Shown here in pieces: positions 45,301 to 55,167 of a stretch of DNA of 64,000 nucleotides. Every line of letters starts with the position of its first letter. Within the stretch, counting starts at the first letter, position 1. Position numbers and translations under genes: made by a program. The stretch comes from an uncultured Actinomycetota bacterium (GTDB taxonomy: Bacteria; Actinomycetota; CALGFH01), in NCBI GenBank assembly GCA_963733175.1, contig CAVTCL010000030.1, positions 20,452 through 84,451 on the forward strand, given 5' to 3'. The notes under the pieces are model-generated. The model was given only the letters and a program-made list of their open reading frames with translations, did no database searches and was not told where the DNA came from.

Positions 45301-45843
45301 AGCGGCAGGCCGGTGATCGACGAGCCGCCCAAGCCCGAGCGCCGGGTCTCGGCCGCGCTGGCCTGGCAGGTCAACGACATCCTCAAGGGCGTCATCACCG
45401 GCGGCACCGGCACCGCGGCCAACATCGGCCGTCCCGCCGCCGGCAAGACCGGCACCAACCAGGCCTACCGCGACGCCTGGTTCGTCGGCTACACCCCGCA
45501 GCTCGCGGTGGCGGTGTGGATGGGCAACCCCAAGAGCCAGGAGTCGATGTACAACGTGCAGGGCCGGCGGGTGTCGGGCGGCTCGTTCCCGGCCCAGGTC
45601 TGGCACGACTTCATGGCCGTGGCCATGGCCAACCAGGAGGCCCTGGACTGGCCGAAGCCGCCGGAGGAGCTCACCTACACGATCCTTCCGCCGCCCCCCG
45701 GAGAAGAAGGACGAGGACGACGGAACGGGAACGGCGACGGGAACGGGAACGGCGACGGCAACGGCGACGGCGACGGCAACGGCAACGGGAACGGCAACGG
45801 CGACGGCAACGGCAACGGCCGGGGCAACGGCCGGAACGACTAG
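42389..45843 (+). CDS. Class A penicillin-binding protein (GT51 transglycosylase + transpeptidase) with ~470-aa N-terminal extension and repeat tail (1 frameshift near 42705)
   Basis: [21 protein letters not shown]; SSYK, SVN, KTGT. Third-position GC supports coding from the ATG at 42389 (TGATG overlap with etfA), switching frame near 42705 into ORF 42820..45843; TM helix near 43800. Confidence 0.85.
43160..43324 (+). repeat. Five tandem 33-nt (11-aa) coding repeats in the PBP N-terminal region
   Basis: [11 protein letters not shown] / [11 protein letters not shown] x2 / [11 protein letters not shown] / [11 protein letters not shown]; unit boundaries at 43160, 43193, 43226, 43259 and 43292. 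Confidence 0.8.
45721..45840 (+). repeat. About 20 tandem GGN-RAC hexanucleotide units encoding a (GN/GD)n tail
   Basis: [40 protein letters not shown] immediately before the stop codon. Confidence 0.8.
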
Positions 45844-45851
45844 GAGCTCCC

Positions 45852-47064
45852 GTGCCGTACCTCGACTACGCGGCCAGCGCCCCGTTGCGGGCTGAGGCCC
45901 TGGCGGCGATGCTGCCGCTGCTGGAGCGCCCGGCGGCCAACCCGTCCAGCCAGCACGGCCAGGGGCGGGCCGCGCGGGCCGCGGTGGAGACCGCCCGCGA
46001 GCAGGTCGCCGCCCTGGTCGGCGCCGCCCCGGCCGAGGTCGTGTTCACCTCCGGTGGCACCGAGGCCGACAACCTGGCCGTCAAGGGCACCGTGCTCGCC
46101 CGGCCGCCGGAGGGCCGGCACCTGGTCTGCTCGGCCGTCGAGCACCACGCCGTGCTCGACGCCGCCGCCTGGGCCGAGGCCGACGCCGGGGCCTCGGTCG
46201 ACCTGGCCCCGGTCGACGGTCTCGGCCGGGTCGACCCGGACCGGCTGGCCGGCCTGCTCCGGCCGGGGCGGACCGCCCTGGTCGCGGTGATGGCGGCCAA
46301 CAACGAGGTCGGGACCGGCCAGCCGGTCGCGGCCGTGGCCGAGGCGGCCCACGCCGCGGGCGCGGTCCTGCTCTGCGACGCCGTGCAGGCGGCCGGGCTG
46401 CCCGGGGTCGACCTGGCCGGCGACGGCATCGACCTGCTGGCCCTGGCCTCCCACAAGCTCGGCGGCCCCACCGGGGTCGGCGCCCTGGTCGTGCGGCCCG
46501 GGACCAGCCTGCGCCCGCTCGTCCACGGCGGCGGCCAGGAGCGGGGCCTGCGCTCCGGCACCCTCCCGGCGGCCGCCATCGCCGGCTTCGGCGCCGCGGC
46601 CGCCGCCGCCCTGGCCGAGCGCCAGACCGGCGCCGCCACCACCCTGGCCGCCCTCCGTTCCCGCCTCCTCGCCGCCCTCCGCACCCTCGCCCCCGACCTG
46701 GAGGTCAACGGCGACCCGGCGGCTGCCGGCCGGGCGGCTGGGGCTTCCCGGGCTGCTGTCGGTGCGGTTCCCGGGGCGGCGGGCCGAGGATCTGCTGCTG
46801 CTGCTGGACCGGCACGGGGTCGCCTGCTCGGCCGGGTCGGCCTGCGCCAGCGGGGCCGTGACCCCCTCCCACGTGCTGGTGGCGATGGGCCGGGAACCGG
46901 CCGAGGCGCGCGAGACCATCCGCTTCAGCCTCGGGCACGCCTCGACCCAGGCCGACGTCGACGCCGCCGTGGCCGCCGTCGCCCAGGCCCTGGCGGTCCT
47001 CGCGCCGGCGGGGCCCGAAGCGTCCGCGACCCGCGGCCCGGTCGGCCAGGCGGTGACCCCGTGA
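45852..47064 (+). CDS. iscS: Cysteine desulfurase (IscS/NifS class), 1-2 frameshifts near 46715-46750
   Basis: AGGAG before the GTG; PLP-Lys SHKLGGPTG; C-terminus with active-site loop SAGSACASG lies in the frame of ORF 46762..47064. Confidence 0.85.
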
Positions 47065-48138
47065 CCAACCAGGTGCTGGTCGCGATGAGCGGCGGGGTCG
47101 ACTCGTCGGTGGCGGCGGCGCTGGCCGTCGAGGCGGGCTGGGACGTGACCGGGGTCCACCTGAAGCTGGCCGACACCCCCGCCCACCTGCAGGTGCAGGG
47201 CAAGGGCTGCTGCACCCTGGCCGACGCCGACGACGCCCGGCGGGTCGCCGGGACCCTCGGCATCCCGTTCTACGTCTGGGACATGGCCGAGGAGTTCCAG
47301 CGGGCCGTGGTCGACGACTTCGCCGCCGAGTACGCGGGCGGCCGCACCCCCAACCCGTGCGCCCGCTGCAACGAGCAGGTCAAGGTGGTGGGGCTGCTGG
47401 CGCGGGCCCGGGCCCTCGGCTTCGACGCCCTGGCCACCGGCCACTACGCCCGGGTCGAGGGCGGCCGCCTCTACCGGGGCGAGGACGCGGCCAAGGACCA
47501 GTCGTACGTGCTCTACATGCTCGGCCCGGCCGAGCTGGAGCGGCTGCGGCTGCCCCTGGGCCGGCTGACCAAGCCGCAGGTGCGGGCGACCGCGACCCGG
47601 CTTGGCCTCAGGACCGCGGCCAAGCCCGAGTCCTACGACGTCTGCTTCGTGCCCGACGGCGACACCGCCGGGTGGCTGGAGCGCCGCCTCGGCCCCCGGC
47701 CGGGCGAGGTGGTGGACACCGCCGGGCGGGTCCTCGGTCACCACCGGGGCGCCTACCGCTACACCGTCGGCCAGCGGCGCGGCCTCGGCGTGGCCGCCCC
47801 AACGCCCCGCTACGTGCTCCGGGTCGAGCCGGCGGCCGCCCGGGTGGTGGTGGGGGACCGGGCCGAGCTGGCCATCGGCACGGTCGAGCTGGAGCGGGCC
47901 ACCGCCACCGACGGCCGCGGCCTGCGCCCCGGCAGGGCCAAGGTCCGCCTCCGCGCCCACGGCGCCGAGGTCGGCTGCCGGGTCGTCCCCCTCGGAAGCC
48001 GGCCCCGAGGGGCCGGGACGGGTGCGGCTGGACCTGGACGAGCCGGTCGACGCCGTGGCTCCCGGTCAGGCCGGGGTGCTGTACGACGGGGACCTGGTCC
48101 TGGGGGGCGGCACCGTGTCCACCACCGGGCCCATGTGA
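47061..48138 (+). CDS. mnmA: tRNA 2-thiouridine(34) synthase MnmA (1 frameshift near 47995)
   Basis: GTGA overlap with iscS; PP-loop VAMSGGVDSSVAA, NPCARCN; C-terminus ..VRLDLDEPVDAVAPGQAGVLYDGDLVLGGG lies in the frame of ORF 47602..48138. Confidence 0.9.
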
Positions 48139-49487
48139 TGACCCTCGCCGGGCCCCGCGACTCGACGATCGCGATCGTCGGTGACGGCTTCGGCTCGGCG
48201 CTTGTCTACAGCACCGCCGTCTACCTCGGCTTCCGGCCCGAGCAGGTCACCGTCTACGGGCCCAACGCCAACCCGGTCGAGACCTACCAGCAGTTCGCCT
48301 ACAACCTCGGCCAGACGATCCTGCGCTCGGAGTCCGAGTCGCACTTCCTGCCCGCCGACTGGCCAACCTTCGCCCAGCTCGACGCCTGGGCCAGGCGCAG
48401 CCCGGCGCCCCTGCTGCGGTCGGTGCGGCGCCGCTACAACCCGGGTGTGGCCGAGATCCTGGCCGAGGCGACCACCGTCCAGCGCCGCCTCGGCTGGGAC
48501 GCCAACCGGCTGCCGGCGCGCATCGGCTGGCTCCAGCGCGAGCAGCACCCGACCCCGCACTTCACCCTCTACGACGAGCAGGCCAACTACGCCGGCCGGG
48601 CCAGGCACGTGATGCTGGCGATCGGCCACGGCCCCCTCGCCTACCCGCCGGCGCTGGCCAGGGCGAGGGAGGACCCGTCGCTGGCCGACCGCATCGTCCA
48701 GGCCTACGAGCCCAAGGCGTACGACCCGGACGGCCGCTATGTGGTCATCGGCGCCGGGATCGCGTCGGTCAACGAGTGGGCCAACGCCCTGGACACCGGG
48801 GCCAAGGTGATCTCCCTGCTGCGCAGCCCGATCCCGGACGAGCAGGACCTCAACACCCCTCGCTGCTTCTTCGAGGCCCTCGGGATCGACGCCTTCCAGA
48901 GCCTGCCCTTCGACCGGCGCCTGGCCTTCCTCGGCCAGATCCTCAAGGGCACCGCGCCCCGCCGCCGGGGCTGGGAGCAGCGGGTCCGCGAGGGCCGCGA
49001 GCAGGGTCGCTTCGAGCAGCTCATGGGGGAGATCGACGAGGTCGTCCCCGGGCCCGCCGGGCTGCGCATCCACATCAGCAACCGCCACGGGCCCGACCCG
49101 GGCTGGCTGGACGTCACCGGCGTGGTCGCCGGCACCGGCTTCCAGAAGTCGGGGCTGACCCTGCCGCTGCTGCGGCGGCTGGTCCAGTTCTACGACCTGC
49201 CCGTGGAGGAGGGGCGCCTGCTGCTGCGCGGCAACTGCGGCGTCCCCCGGCTCGACCGGCCCGACTCGCGGCTGTGCATGATGGGCATCCACGCCAACCC
49301 GGTGATCCCCCACGGCGACACCATCGCCGGGCTCAAGTACGTGGCCCGCCGGTTCGTGGCCGACTGCGCCAGGGCCGAGCGGATCCGCTACCGGCGGTTC
49401 CCCTCGCGGCTGCGGCTGCAGCTCTCGCTGGCCGGCAGCTCGGTCGACGCCATCCGGCGGGTCCGGCGCGCGGAGCAGCTCGCCTGA
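48138..49487 (+). CDS. Two-Rossmann-motif FAD/NAD(P)-binding oxidoreductase-like protein, family not recognised
   Basis: ATGTGATG junction with mnmA; [10 protein letters not shown] near the N-terminus and VVIGAGIAS mid-protein; 449 aa, intact. Confidence 0.6.
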   Translation: MTLAGPRDSTIAIVGDGFGSALVYSTAVYLGFRPEQVTVYGPNANPVETYQQFAYNLGQTILRSESESHFLPADWPTFAQLDAWARRSPAPLLRSVRRRYNPGVAEILAEATTVQRRLGWDANRLPARIGWLQREQHPTPHFTLYDEQANYAGRARHVMLAIGHGPLAYPPALARAREDPSLADRIVQAYEPKAYDPDGRYVVIGAGIASVNEWANALDTGAKVISLLRSPIPDEQDLNTPRCFFEALGIDAFQSLPFDRRLAFLGQILKGTAPRRRGWEQRVREGREQGRFEQLMGEIDEVVPGPAGLRIHISNRHGPDPGWLDVTGVVAGTGFQKSGLTLPLLRRLVQFYDLPVEEGRLLLRGNCGVPRLDRPDSRLCMMGIHANPVIPHGDTIAGLKYVARRFVADCARAERIRYRRFPSRLRLQLSLAGSSVDAIRRVRRAEQLA

Positions 49488-50089
49488 TGTGCCCGACGGT
49501 GCTGGGCCGCGTCCAGACCAGGGTGGCCATCCTGGTCGGCCCGGCCATCCTGGCCGCGATCCTGTCGCTGGTCACCGGGGACGAGGGCTGGATCGTGGTC
49601 ATCGGGATCTACCTGCTGGTCGGGGTGGCGCTCGACACCACCTTCTACCCGCGGGTGATCAGGTGGCAGCCGCCCTGGCTGACCTTCCTGCTCGGGGTCA
49701 CCGAGTTCGTGCTGGTGTTCGTGCTCGTCAAGGTGCTGCAGCCGGGCCAGCCGGGGTTCGGCGACCCGGACGCGCTGCTCGGCCCCGGCGACGTCAAGGT
49801 GATCGTGTTCTTCTGGGTCTGCTGGCTGCTGGCGGTGGCCACCCGCATCGTCGTCCTGCCCATCGTGTCGCTGTCCTGGCTGGAGAACGGGGGCGAGTTC
49901 CGGGTCACCGACTGGTCGATCCAGCCCGAGGCCGAGCCCCTGCCCCTGCTCGCGGCGGCCACCCCCGAGGCGGCCGGCGGGCGGCTGGTGCGGGAGCTGT
50001 CCGCCGTGCACGACCGACCCGTGGAACGGCGGCCTCCCCTCTCGGGAAGCCACGCCCGCCCGGTCAGCGAGCCGTCGCCAGATAGATGA
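49487..50089 (+). CDS. Four-TM hypothetical membrane protein
   Basis: TGATG junction with the upstream gene; hydrophobic segments [58 protein letters not shown]. Confidence 0.6.
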   Translation: MCPTVLGRVQTRVAILVGPAILAAILSLVTGDEGWIVVIGIYLLVGVALDTTFYPRVIRWQPPWLTFLLGVTEFVLVFVLVKVLQPGQPGFGDPDALLGPGDVKVIVFFWVCWLLAVATRIVVLPIVSLSWLENGGEFRVTDWSIQPEAEPLPLLAAATPEAAGGRLVRELSAVHDRPVERRPPLSGSHARPVSEPSPDR

Positions 50090-50764
50090 TCACCACGAGG
50101 GCGACCAGCACGAACAGCGCCAGCGGGGCCGTCCTGGCCTTCCCCTTGGTGCGCGAGTCGAGCAGCGGGTCGAGCTCGTGCCGCGGCCTCCCACCCGGCC
50201 CGGGAGATGGCGGCCCCGGGGAGCCCCGCCGGGGGCGGCCGGGTCGGGAGCGCCCGCGTCCTGAGCCCCGGCACCGCCCGCGGCTCGTGCGCCGGCGTGG
50301 GCCGCGGCACGGGGGTCGGGGCCGTCCACGGCCGGGAGATCGGCGGCGCCGGCGGCCCGGCGGTCGGGGCCGGCGTCGGGGTCTGTGCCGGCCAGGTAGT
50401 CGGGCGTGCGGGGTGGGACGGCGAGCGGTGGGGGGACCCGGTGGACGGCCGAGGGCCGTTCGGCGATCTGGATGGCGCTGCGCAGCTCCACCAGGGTGAC
50501 GCCGAGCTGGAGCTGGTCGCCCGGGGTGAGGCGGGTCGGGCCGTGGATGGCCTCGCCGTTCACGAAGGTGCCGTTGCGGGAGCCGAGGTCCTCGACGACC
50601 GCGCCCGACCCGGTCGGGGTGACCTGGGCGTGGTGGCGCGAGACCAGCTCGTCGGTCAGCACCAGATCGGCGTCCCGCCCTCGACCGACGGTCACCGGCC
50701 CGGCGAGCCCGACCATCCCGCCCGCGCCGGCTCCCTCGACGATCTCCAGGCTCAGCTCGGGCAC
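50064..50764 (-). CDS. FHA-domain protein with Pro-rich linker and C-terminal TM anchor (1-2 frameshifts near 50200-50300)
   Basis: GGGAGG before the GTG at 50764; FHA core [32 protein letters not shown]; tail ..[25 protein letters not shown] lies in the frame of ORF 50064..51968. Confidence 0.75.
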
Positions 50765-50778
50765 CTCGTCCCTCCCGT

Positions 50779-52474
50779 TCAGGTGCCGGCCAGGCAGCCG
50801 GCCAGCCCGGTCGGCGCCTTCTGCCCGTCGGCCACGTCCCAGTCGCTCGCCGTGTAGCCCTCGGTGTCGAACTCCGCCGTGGCCAGGACCCGGGGCTGGG
50901 CCTCCGGTTCCTGGCCGACCAGCCAGCGGCCCTGCCGCGACCGGTCGCCCTCCTGGTGGGCCTTGACGTACCAGCGCCGTTCCCCGTTCGAGGCCCGCCA
51001 CACGCGCATCTCGTCGACCACGAACTGGTCGCTCCAGCCCATGTGGGCCCGGATCGCGTCCAGCGGCGCCGTCCGGGTCGGGGTGCCCACCGCCGGCCGG
51101 GTGAAGCCGCCCGGGCACTTCGCTTCGCCGGGCGGGCGCGTGGCGGCCACGGTCGTGGCCGGCGGGCCCGCGACCGGAGGCTGCTCCTCCGACAGCAGCT
51201 GCGTGGTCCCGAAGTAGGCCGCCGCCGGCAGCACGATCGCGGCCACCGCCAACAGCCACCAGCGGCCCCTCCGGCCGCCCCCGTCACCCCTGTGGACAAC
51301 CGCGGGAACGTCTCCGCCAGGTCCGCTACCCTCCCCCTCCGGGGGCCTCGACGCAGGTCGGGGGGACGGAGGCCTGTCCGCGGAAGGGGCCGGGGCGGGC
51401 TCGATCCTGGTCGGGGCGGCGGAGGCTGACGCGGCCCCGGGTGCGCGCGGCAGAGGGTGACGCGGCCCCGGGTGGGGCGGCGGAGGGTGAGGCGGCCGCG
51501 GGTGGGGGTGGGGTGGTGATGGCGACTGGCGGCAGGTGCATGGACCTGGTCTCGTCGTCGGCTGGGGCCGCCGGCTCGGGGGGGGTGGAACGGACCTCGG
51601 CCTGCATGGCGGTGACCAGGGCGGTGCAGGTCGGCCAGCGGTCGTCCCTGGACTTGGCCATGGCGCGGGCGACGATGGCGTCCAGGGCGGTGGGGAGGCC
51701 GGGAACCCGGACAGAGACCGGGGGTGGCGGTTCGCGGAGGTGGGCGAAGACCACCTCGATGTCGTTCATGCGCTCGAACGGCACCGAGCCGGTGAGGCAG
51801 TGGAACAGGACGCAGCCCAGCGAGTAGACGTCGGCGCGGCCGTCCAGGTCGCGGCCCTCGATCTGCTCGGGGGCCACGTACGGGATCGTGCCCACGAACT
51901 GGTCGGTGGCGGTCAGGGCCGACTGCGCCTGCTGGGCGTCCACCTCCTTGATCAGCCCGAAGTCGCACAGGTAGCAGTGGCCGTCGCTGCCGGCCGGGCC
52001 GGCGGCGAGGAGGATGTTGGCCGGCTTGACGTCGCGGTGGACCAGGCCGCGGGCGTGGGCGGCGTCCAGCGCGCTGGCCACCTGGGCCATGATGGCCAGG
52101 GCCCGGGCCGGCTCCAGGCGGCCCTCCCGCCGCAGCAGGGTCGACAGGTCCATCCCGTCGACATAGCGCATGGCGATGTAGAGCAGCCCGCCGTCCTCGC
52201 CGGTCTCGTAGATCGGGATGATGCTCGGATGGTCGATGCTGGCCGCGATCCGCGACTCGCGCAGGAACCGCCGGCGGAAGACGTCGTCGGCGGCGAGCTT
52301 GGGCGCGAGCACCTTGAGCGCGACCCTGCGGCCGAGGCTCAGCTGCACCGCCCGGTAGACCTCGCCCATGCCCCCGCGCCCCAGGCGGGCCTCGATCCGG
52401 TAGCCGGCGATCTGGATGTCGGGGTCAGGCTGGCTGTCCACGCTGAGTGTTGTAACACCGCGCAACCGGCGCAC
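50779..52474 (-). CDS. Ser/Thr protein kinase with Pro/Ala linker, TM helix and ~140-aa extracytoplasmic domain (1 frameshift near 51445)
   Basis: GRGGMGEVYRA, ALK, HRDVKPANILL, DFG, APE. After the shift the linker runs into RWWLLAVAAIVLPAAAYFGTT and ORF 50779..51252. Confidence 0.85.
51291..51299 (-). promoter_or_regulatory. Perfect DnaA-box 9-mer TTGTCCACA (minus strand), inside the kinase linker coding region
   Basis: Plus strand reads TGTGGACAA; exact match, but intragenic. Confidence 0.2.
51421..51511 (-). repeat. Three tandem ~30-nt repeats in the kinase linker (10-aa Pro/Ala/Ser units)
   Basis: Units 51421-51451 (31 nt), 51452-51481 (30 nt) and 51482-51511 (30 nt); the extra base in unit 1 coincides with the frame break. 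Confidence 0.75.
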
Positions 52475-52491
52475 AGAAGTCCCGTTATCCC

Positions 52492-55167
52492 CTAGTTACC
52501 CGAAGGTACTCGTCCGGTACCCGGAGGCTCGGGCCCGATCGACGACCAGGCGAACCGGGTCACCGAGTCCGGCGGGGCCAGCGCGCCCTGGTGGGCGCCG
52601 CGCCGGACGAACAGGGTCGGCACGGGCGCGCTCCGGGCGATCTCGGCCCGGGTCGCCCCAAGGCCCTCGGAGCGCCAGCGCTCCGACAGGCCGACGACCA
52701 GCAGCCCGGTCCCCTCGGCGGCGCGCAGCACCCCCTCGCGGCCCGGCTCGATCAGCAGCGGCTCGGCCGGCACGCCGGCCAGCTGCTGGAGGACCAGCGA
52801 GGCGTTGGCGAGCAGGCGGCTGGCGTCGCGCCGGCCGGCGTCGTCGCCGGCCGCCCCCAGCAGCCGCAGCGGCGCCCCGCGGGAGCTGGCCACCCAGGCC
52901 CCGAGCTCGAGCGCGGCCCAGTCGTGGTCGGCGCCCCCGAACGGCACCAGCACCGGGTGCGCCGGGCCGACCGCGATCGGCCCCCGTTCCCGCTGCACCA
53001 GCACGGCCACGTCGCAGGGGGCGCGCAGCAGCACCTCGCCGACCGGCCCGCGGGGCACCCCCTCGCCCAGCAGCGGCCGCCGCCCGTCCAGCAGGATCAG
53101 GTCGATGGGCTGCTCGGCGGCCAGCCGCAGCAGGTCGGCGGCGGGGTCGGCGGCGGTGAAGGCGACGGTCCGCACGGCCAGGCCGGCCGCCCGCAGCCGC
53201 TCGCGCCGCCGGTGCAGGTCGGCGGCGACCTGGGTCAGCTCGTGGTCGTCGGCGGCCGGGCCGGTGGCGATGCGCGAGGGCACCAGCAGCCGGGCCAGGA
53301 CCAGCTCGCGCGCCGGCTGCGAGCGGGCCAGCGGCTCGGCCAGCTCCAGCAGCGCGTCCAGGTGCCGGCCGTCCTGGGGGGCGACCAGGATCGCCCGCTC
53401 CGGGGCGGGCGCGCCCGTGGCCGCCGCCGCCAGCTCGTCCTCGGGCTGGACGGCCAGGACGCCGCCCGGGTCGATCAGCCGCAGCACCGGCCCGGTCATG
53501 AAGGTCGTGACCAGGGCGACCAGCACCAGGGCGGTGAACAGGGCCGGGGTGACCACGCCGAGCTCCAGGCCGATGTTGAGCACGATCAGCTCGGTCAGGC
53601 CGCGGGTGTTCATCAGGGCCGCGATCGCGCTGGCCTCGCGGGGCGGGAAGCCGGTGAGCCTGGCCGCGCCGCGGGCGCCGATCCACTTGCCGGCGATGGC
53701 CACCACGAGCAGCACCAGGGTGAGCAGCCACAGCTCGGGCCGGTCGAGCAGGCCGACCTGGACCCGCAGGCCGGTGACGACGAAGAACAGCGGCAGCAGC
53801 ACGATGACCACGAAGTCCTCGACCCGCCGGGTGACGTCGTGGGTCAGGTCGGCCCGCCGCGGCATGATCAGGCCCATGACGAAGGCGCCGAAGATGGCGG
53901 CGATGCCGATGCGCTGGGAGGCGAACGACGACAGCAGCACCCCGACGAAGATGGCCGCCACCCAGCCGCCGGGCACGTGGCCGGCCTCGTCGTAGGCCCG
54001 CGACACCCGGGCCAGCAGGGGCCGGCCGACCAGCGCCATGGCCAGGCAGAAGGCGACCGCCAGGGCGACGATCCGGACCACCGCCAGCACCGAGCCGCTG
54101 CCGGCGACCGCCGAGGCCAGGGCCAGCAGCCCCCAGGCGGTGACGTCGTCGACGGCGGCCGCCGCCATGGCCATGGCCCCGACCGGGTGGCGCAGCATGC
54201 GCCGCTCGACCAGGATCCTGGCCAGCACCGGGAAGGCCGTGATCGACATGGCCACGCCCATGAACAGGGCGAAGGACGTGAACGAGGTGTCCGGACCGAC
54301 CAGCTCGAACAGCGGCAGGGCGACGGCCATGCCGAGCGCCAGCGGCACGGCGATGCTGGCGTGGGAGATGAGCGCCGCCTGCTGGAACCGCTCCCGGAGC
54401 AGCCGGGGGTCGAGCTCCAGCCCGACCAGGAACATGTAGAAGGCCAGCCCGATGTCGGCCGCCCCCCGCAGCAGCGGCAGCACCCAGACCGGGAACAGCC
54501 ACGCGAAGGCGTCAGGGGCCACGGTGGCCAGCAGCGTCGGCCCGAGCAGGATGCCGGCCAGCACCTCGCCCATCACCTGGGGCTGGCCGAGCCGGCCGGC
54601 GACCGCCCCGACCCCCCTGGCCGCCAGCATGACCGCGGCGATGGCCAGCATGAGCTGCCCGAAGACCTCCTCGGCCCCGGGCGGCCGTGCCCCGGCGGCC
54701 GCCTCCGCCCCGGCGGCCTCGACCCGGGTCGCGCGCACGGCGCCGCCGTCGACCGGGCCCGACAGGGTGGTCCCGTCGGCCAGCCACGCCGCCCGCGCCT
54801 CGTGGCCGTCCCGGCAGGTGACCGGCCCCTCCAGCCGCCCCTGGCGCAGGCGCAGCTCGCCCCGGGCATCCCCCGGGCCGTCCAGGCCGACGAACTGGCC
54901 CGACTGCTCCAGCTCCAGGCGCTCCCCGGCGGCGCCGAGGCAGGGCGCCGCCTGGTCGAGCCGGTACACGCCGCCGACCGGCGGCGCCGGGCTCCGGTCG
55001 GCGCCGGCCCGCAGGACCACGACGGCGACCACGACCACCAGCGCCAGCAGCAGCAGGTAGGCCACCAGGATCCGGCGGCCGGACCGGTCGACGGTGCCCG
55101 AGATGCCGCCCATGGCGGCTATCATAGGCGGCGCGCCGCTGACCCCAAGACCAGCCGGGATGCCCAT
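52492..55167 (-). CDS. CPA2 (Kef-type) cation/proton antiporter with N-terminal extra domain and two C-terminal Usp-like domains
   Basis: Intact 891-aa ORF (alternative starts at 55125 and 55113); the Na_H_exchanger core has about 12 TM helices; the C-terminal ~280 aa have two alpha/beta Usp-like halves (ILVAPQDG.., VLVPFGGADHDWAALE..). Confidence 0.85.
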   Translation of the reverse strand: MGIPAGLGVSGAPPMIAAMGGISGTVDRSGRRILVAYLLLLALVVVVAVVVLRAGADRSPAPPVGGVYRLDQAAPCLGAAGERLELEQSGQFVGLDGPGDARGELRLRQGRLEGPVTCRDGHEARAAWLADGTTLSGPVDGGAVRATRVEAAGAEAAAGARPPGAEEVFGQLMLAIAAVMLAARGVGAVAGRLGQPQVMGEVLAGILLGPTLLATVAPDAFAWLFPVWVLPLLRGAADIGLAFYMFLVGLELDPRLLRERFQQAALISHASIAVPLALGMAVALPLFELVGPDTSFTSFALFMGVAMSITAFPVLARILVERRMLRHPVGAMAMAAAAVDDVTAWGLLALASAVAGSGSVLAVVRIVALAVAFCLAMALVGRPLLARVSRAYDEAGHVPGGWVAAIFVGVLLSSFASQRIGIAAIFGAFVMGLIMPRRADLTHDVTRRVEDFVVIVLLPLFFVVTGLRVQVGLLDRPELWLLTLVLLVVAIAGKWIGARGAARLTGFPPREASAIAALMNTRGLTELIVLNIGLELGVVTPALFTALVLVALVTTFMTGPVLRLIDPGGVLAVQPEDELAAAATGAPAPERAILVAPQDGRHLDALLELAEPLARSQPARELVLARLLVPSRIATGPAADDHELTQVAADLHRRRERLRAAGLAVRTVAFTAADPAADLLRLAAEQPIDLILLDGRRPLLGEGVPRGPVGEVLLRAPCDVAVLVQRERGPIAVGPAHPVLVPFGGADHDWAALELGAWVASSRGAPLRLLGAAGDDAGRRDASRLLANASLVLQQLAGVPAEPLLIEPGREGVLRAAEGTGLLVVGLSERWRSEGLGATRAEIARSAPVPTLFVRRGAHQGALAPPDSVTRFAWSSIGPEPPGTGRVPSGN

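Noticed and set aside
45721-45840. Short-period repeat array as a CRISPR or non-coding satellite
   Set aside because: The period is 6 nt with no spacers, and the array is in frame within the PBP gene up to its stop codon. It is a coding microsatellite.
42774-49487. 2237-aa ORF, the longest in the track
   Set aside because: The first ~1000 codons are Arg/Pro/Gly-rich out-of-frame shadow of the PBP gene. The frame only happens to coincide with iscS, mnmA and the flavoprotein gene, which have their own starts, SD sites and overlapping stop/start junctions.
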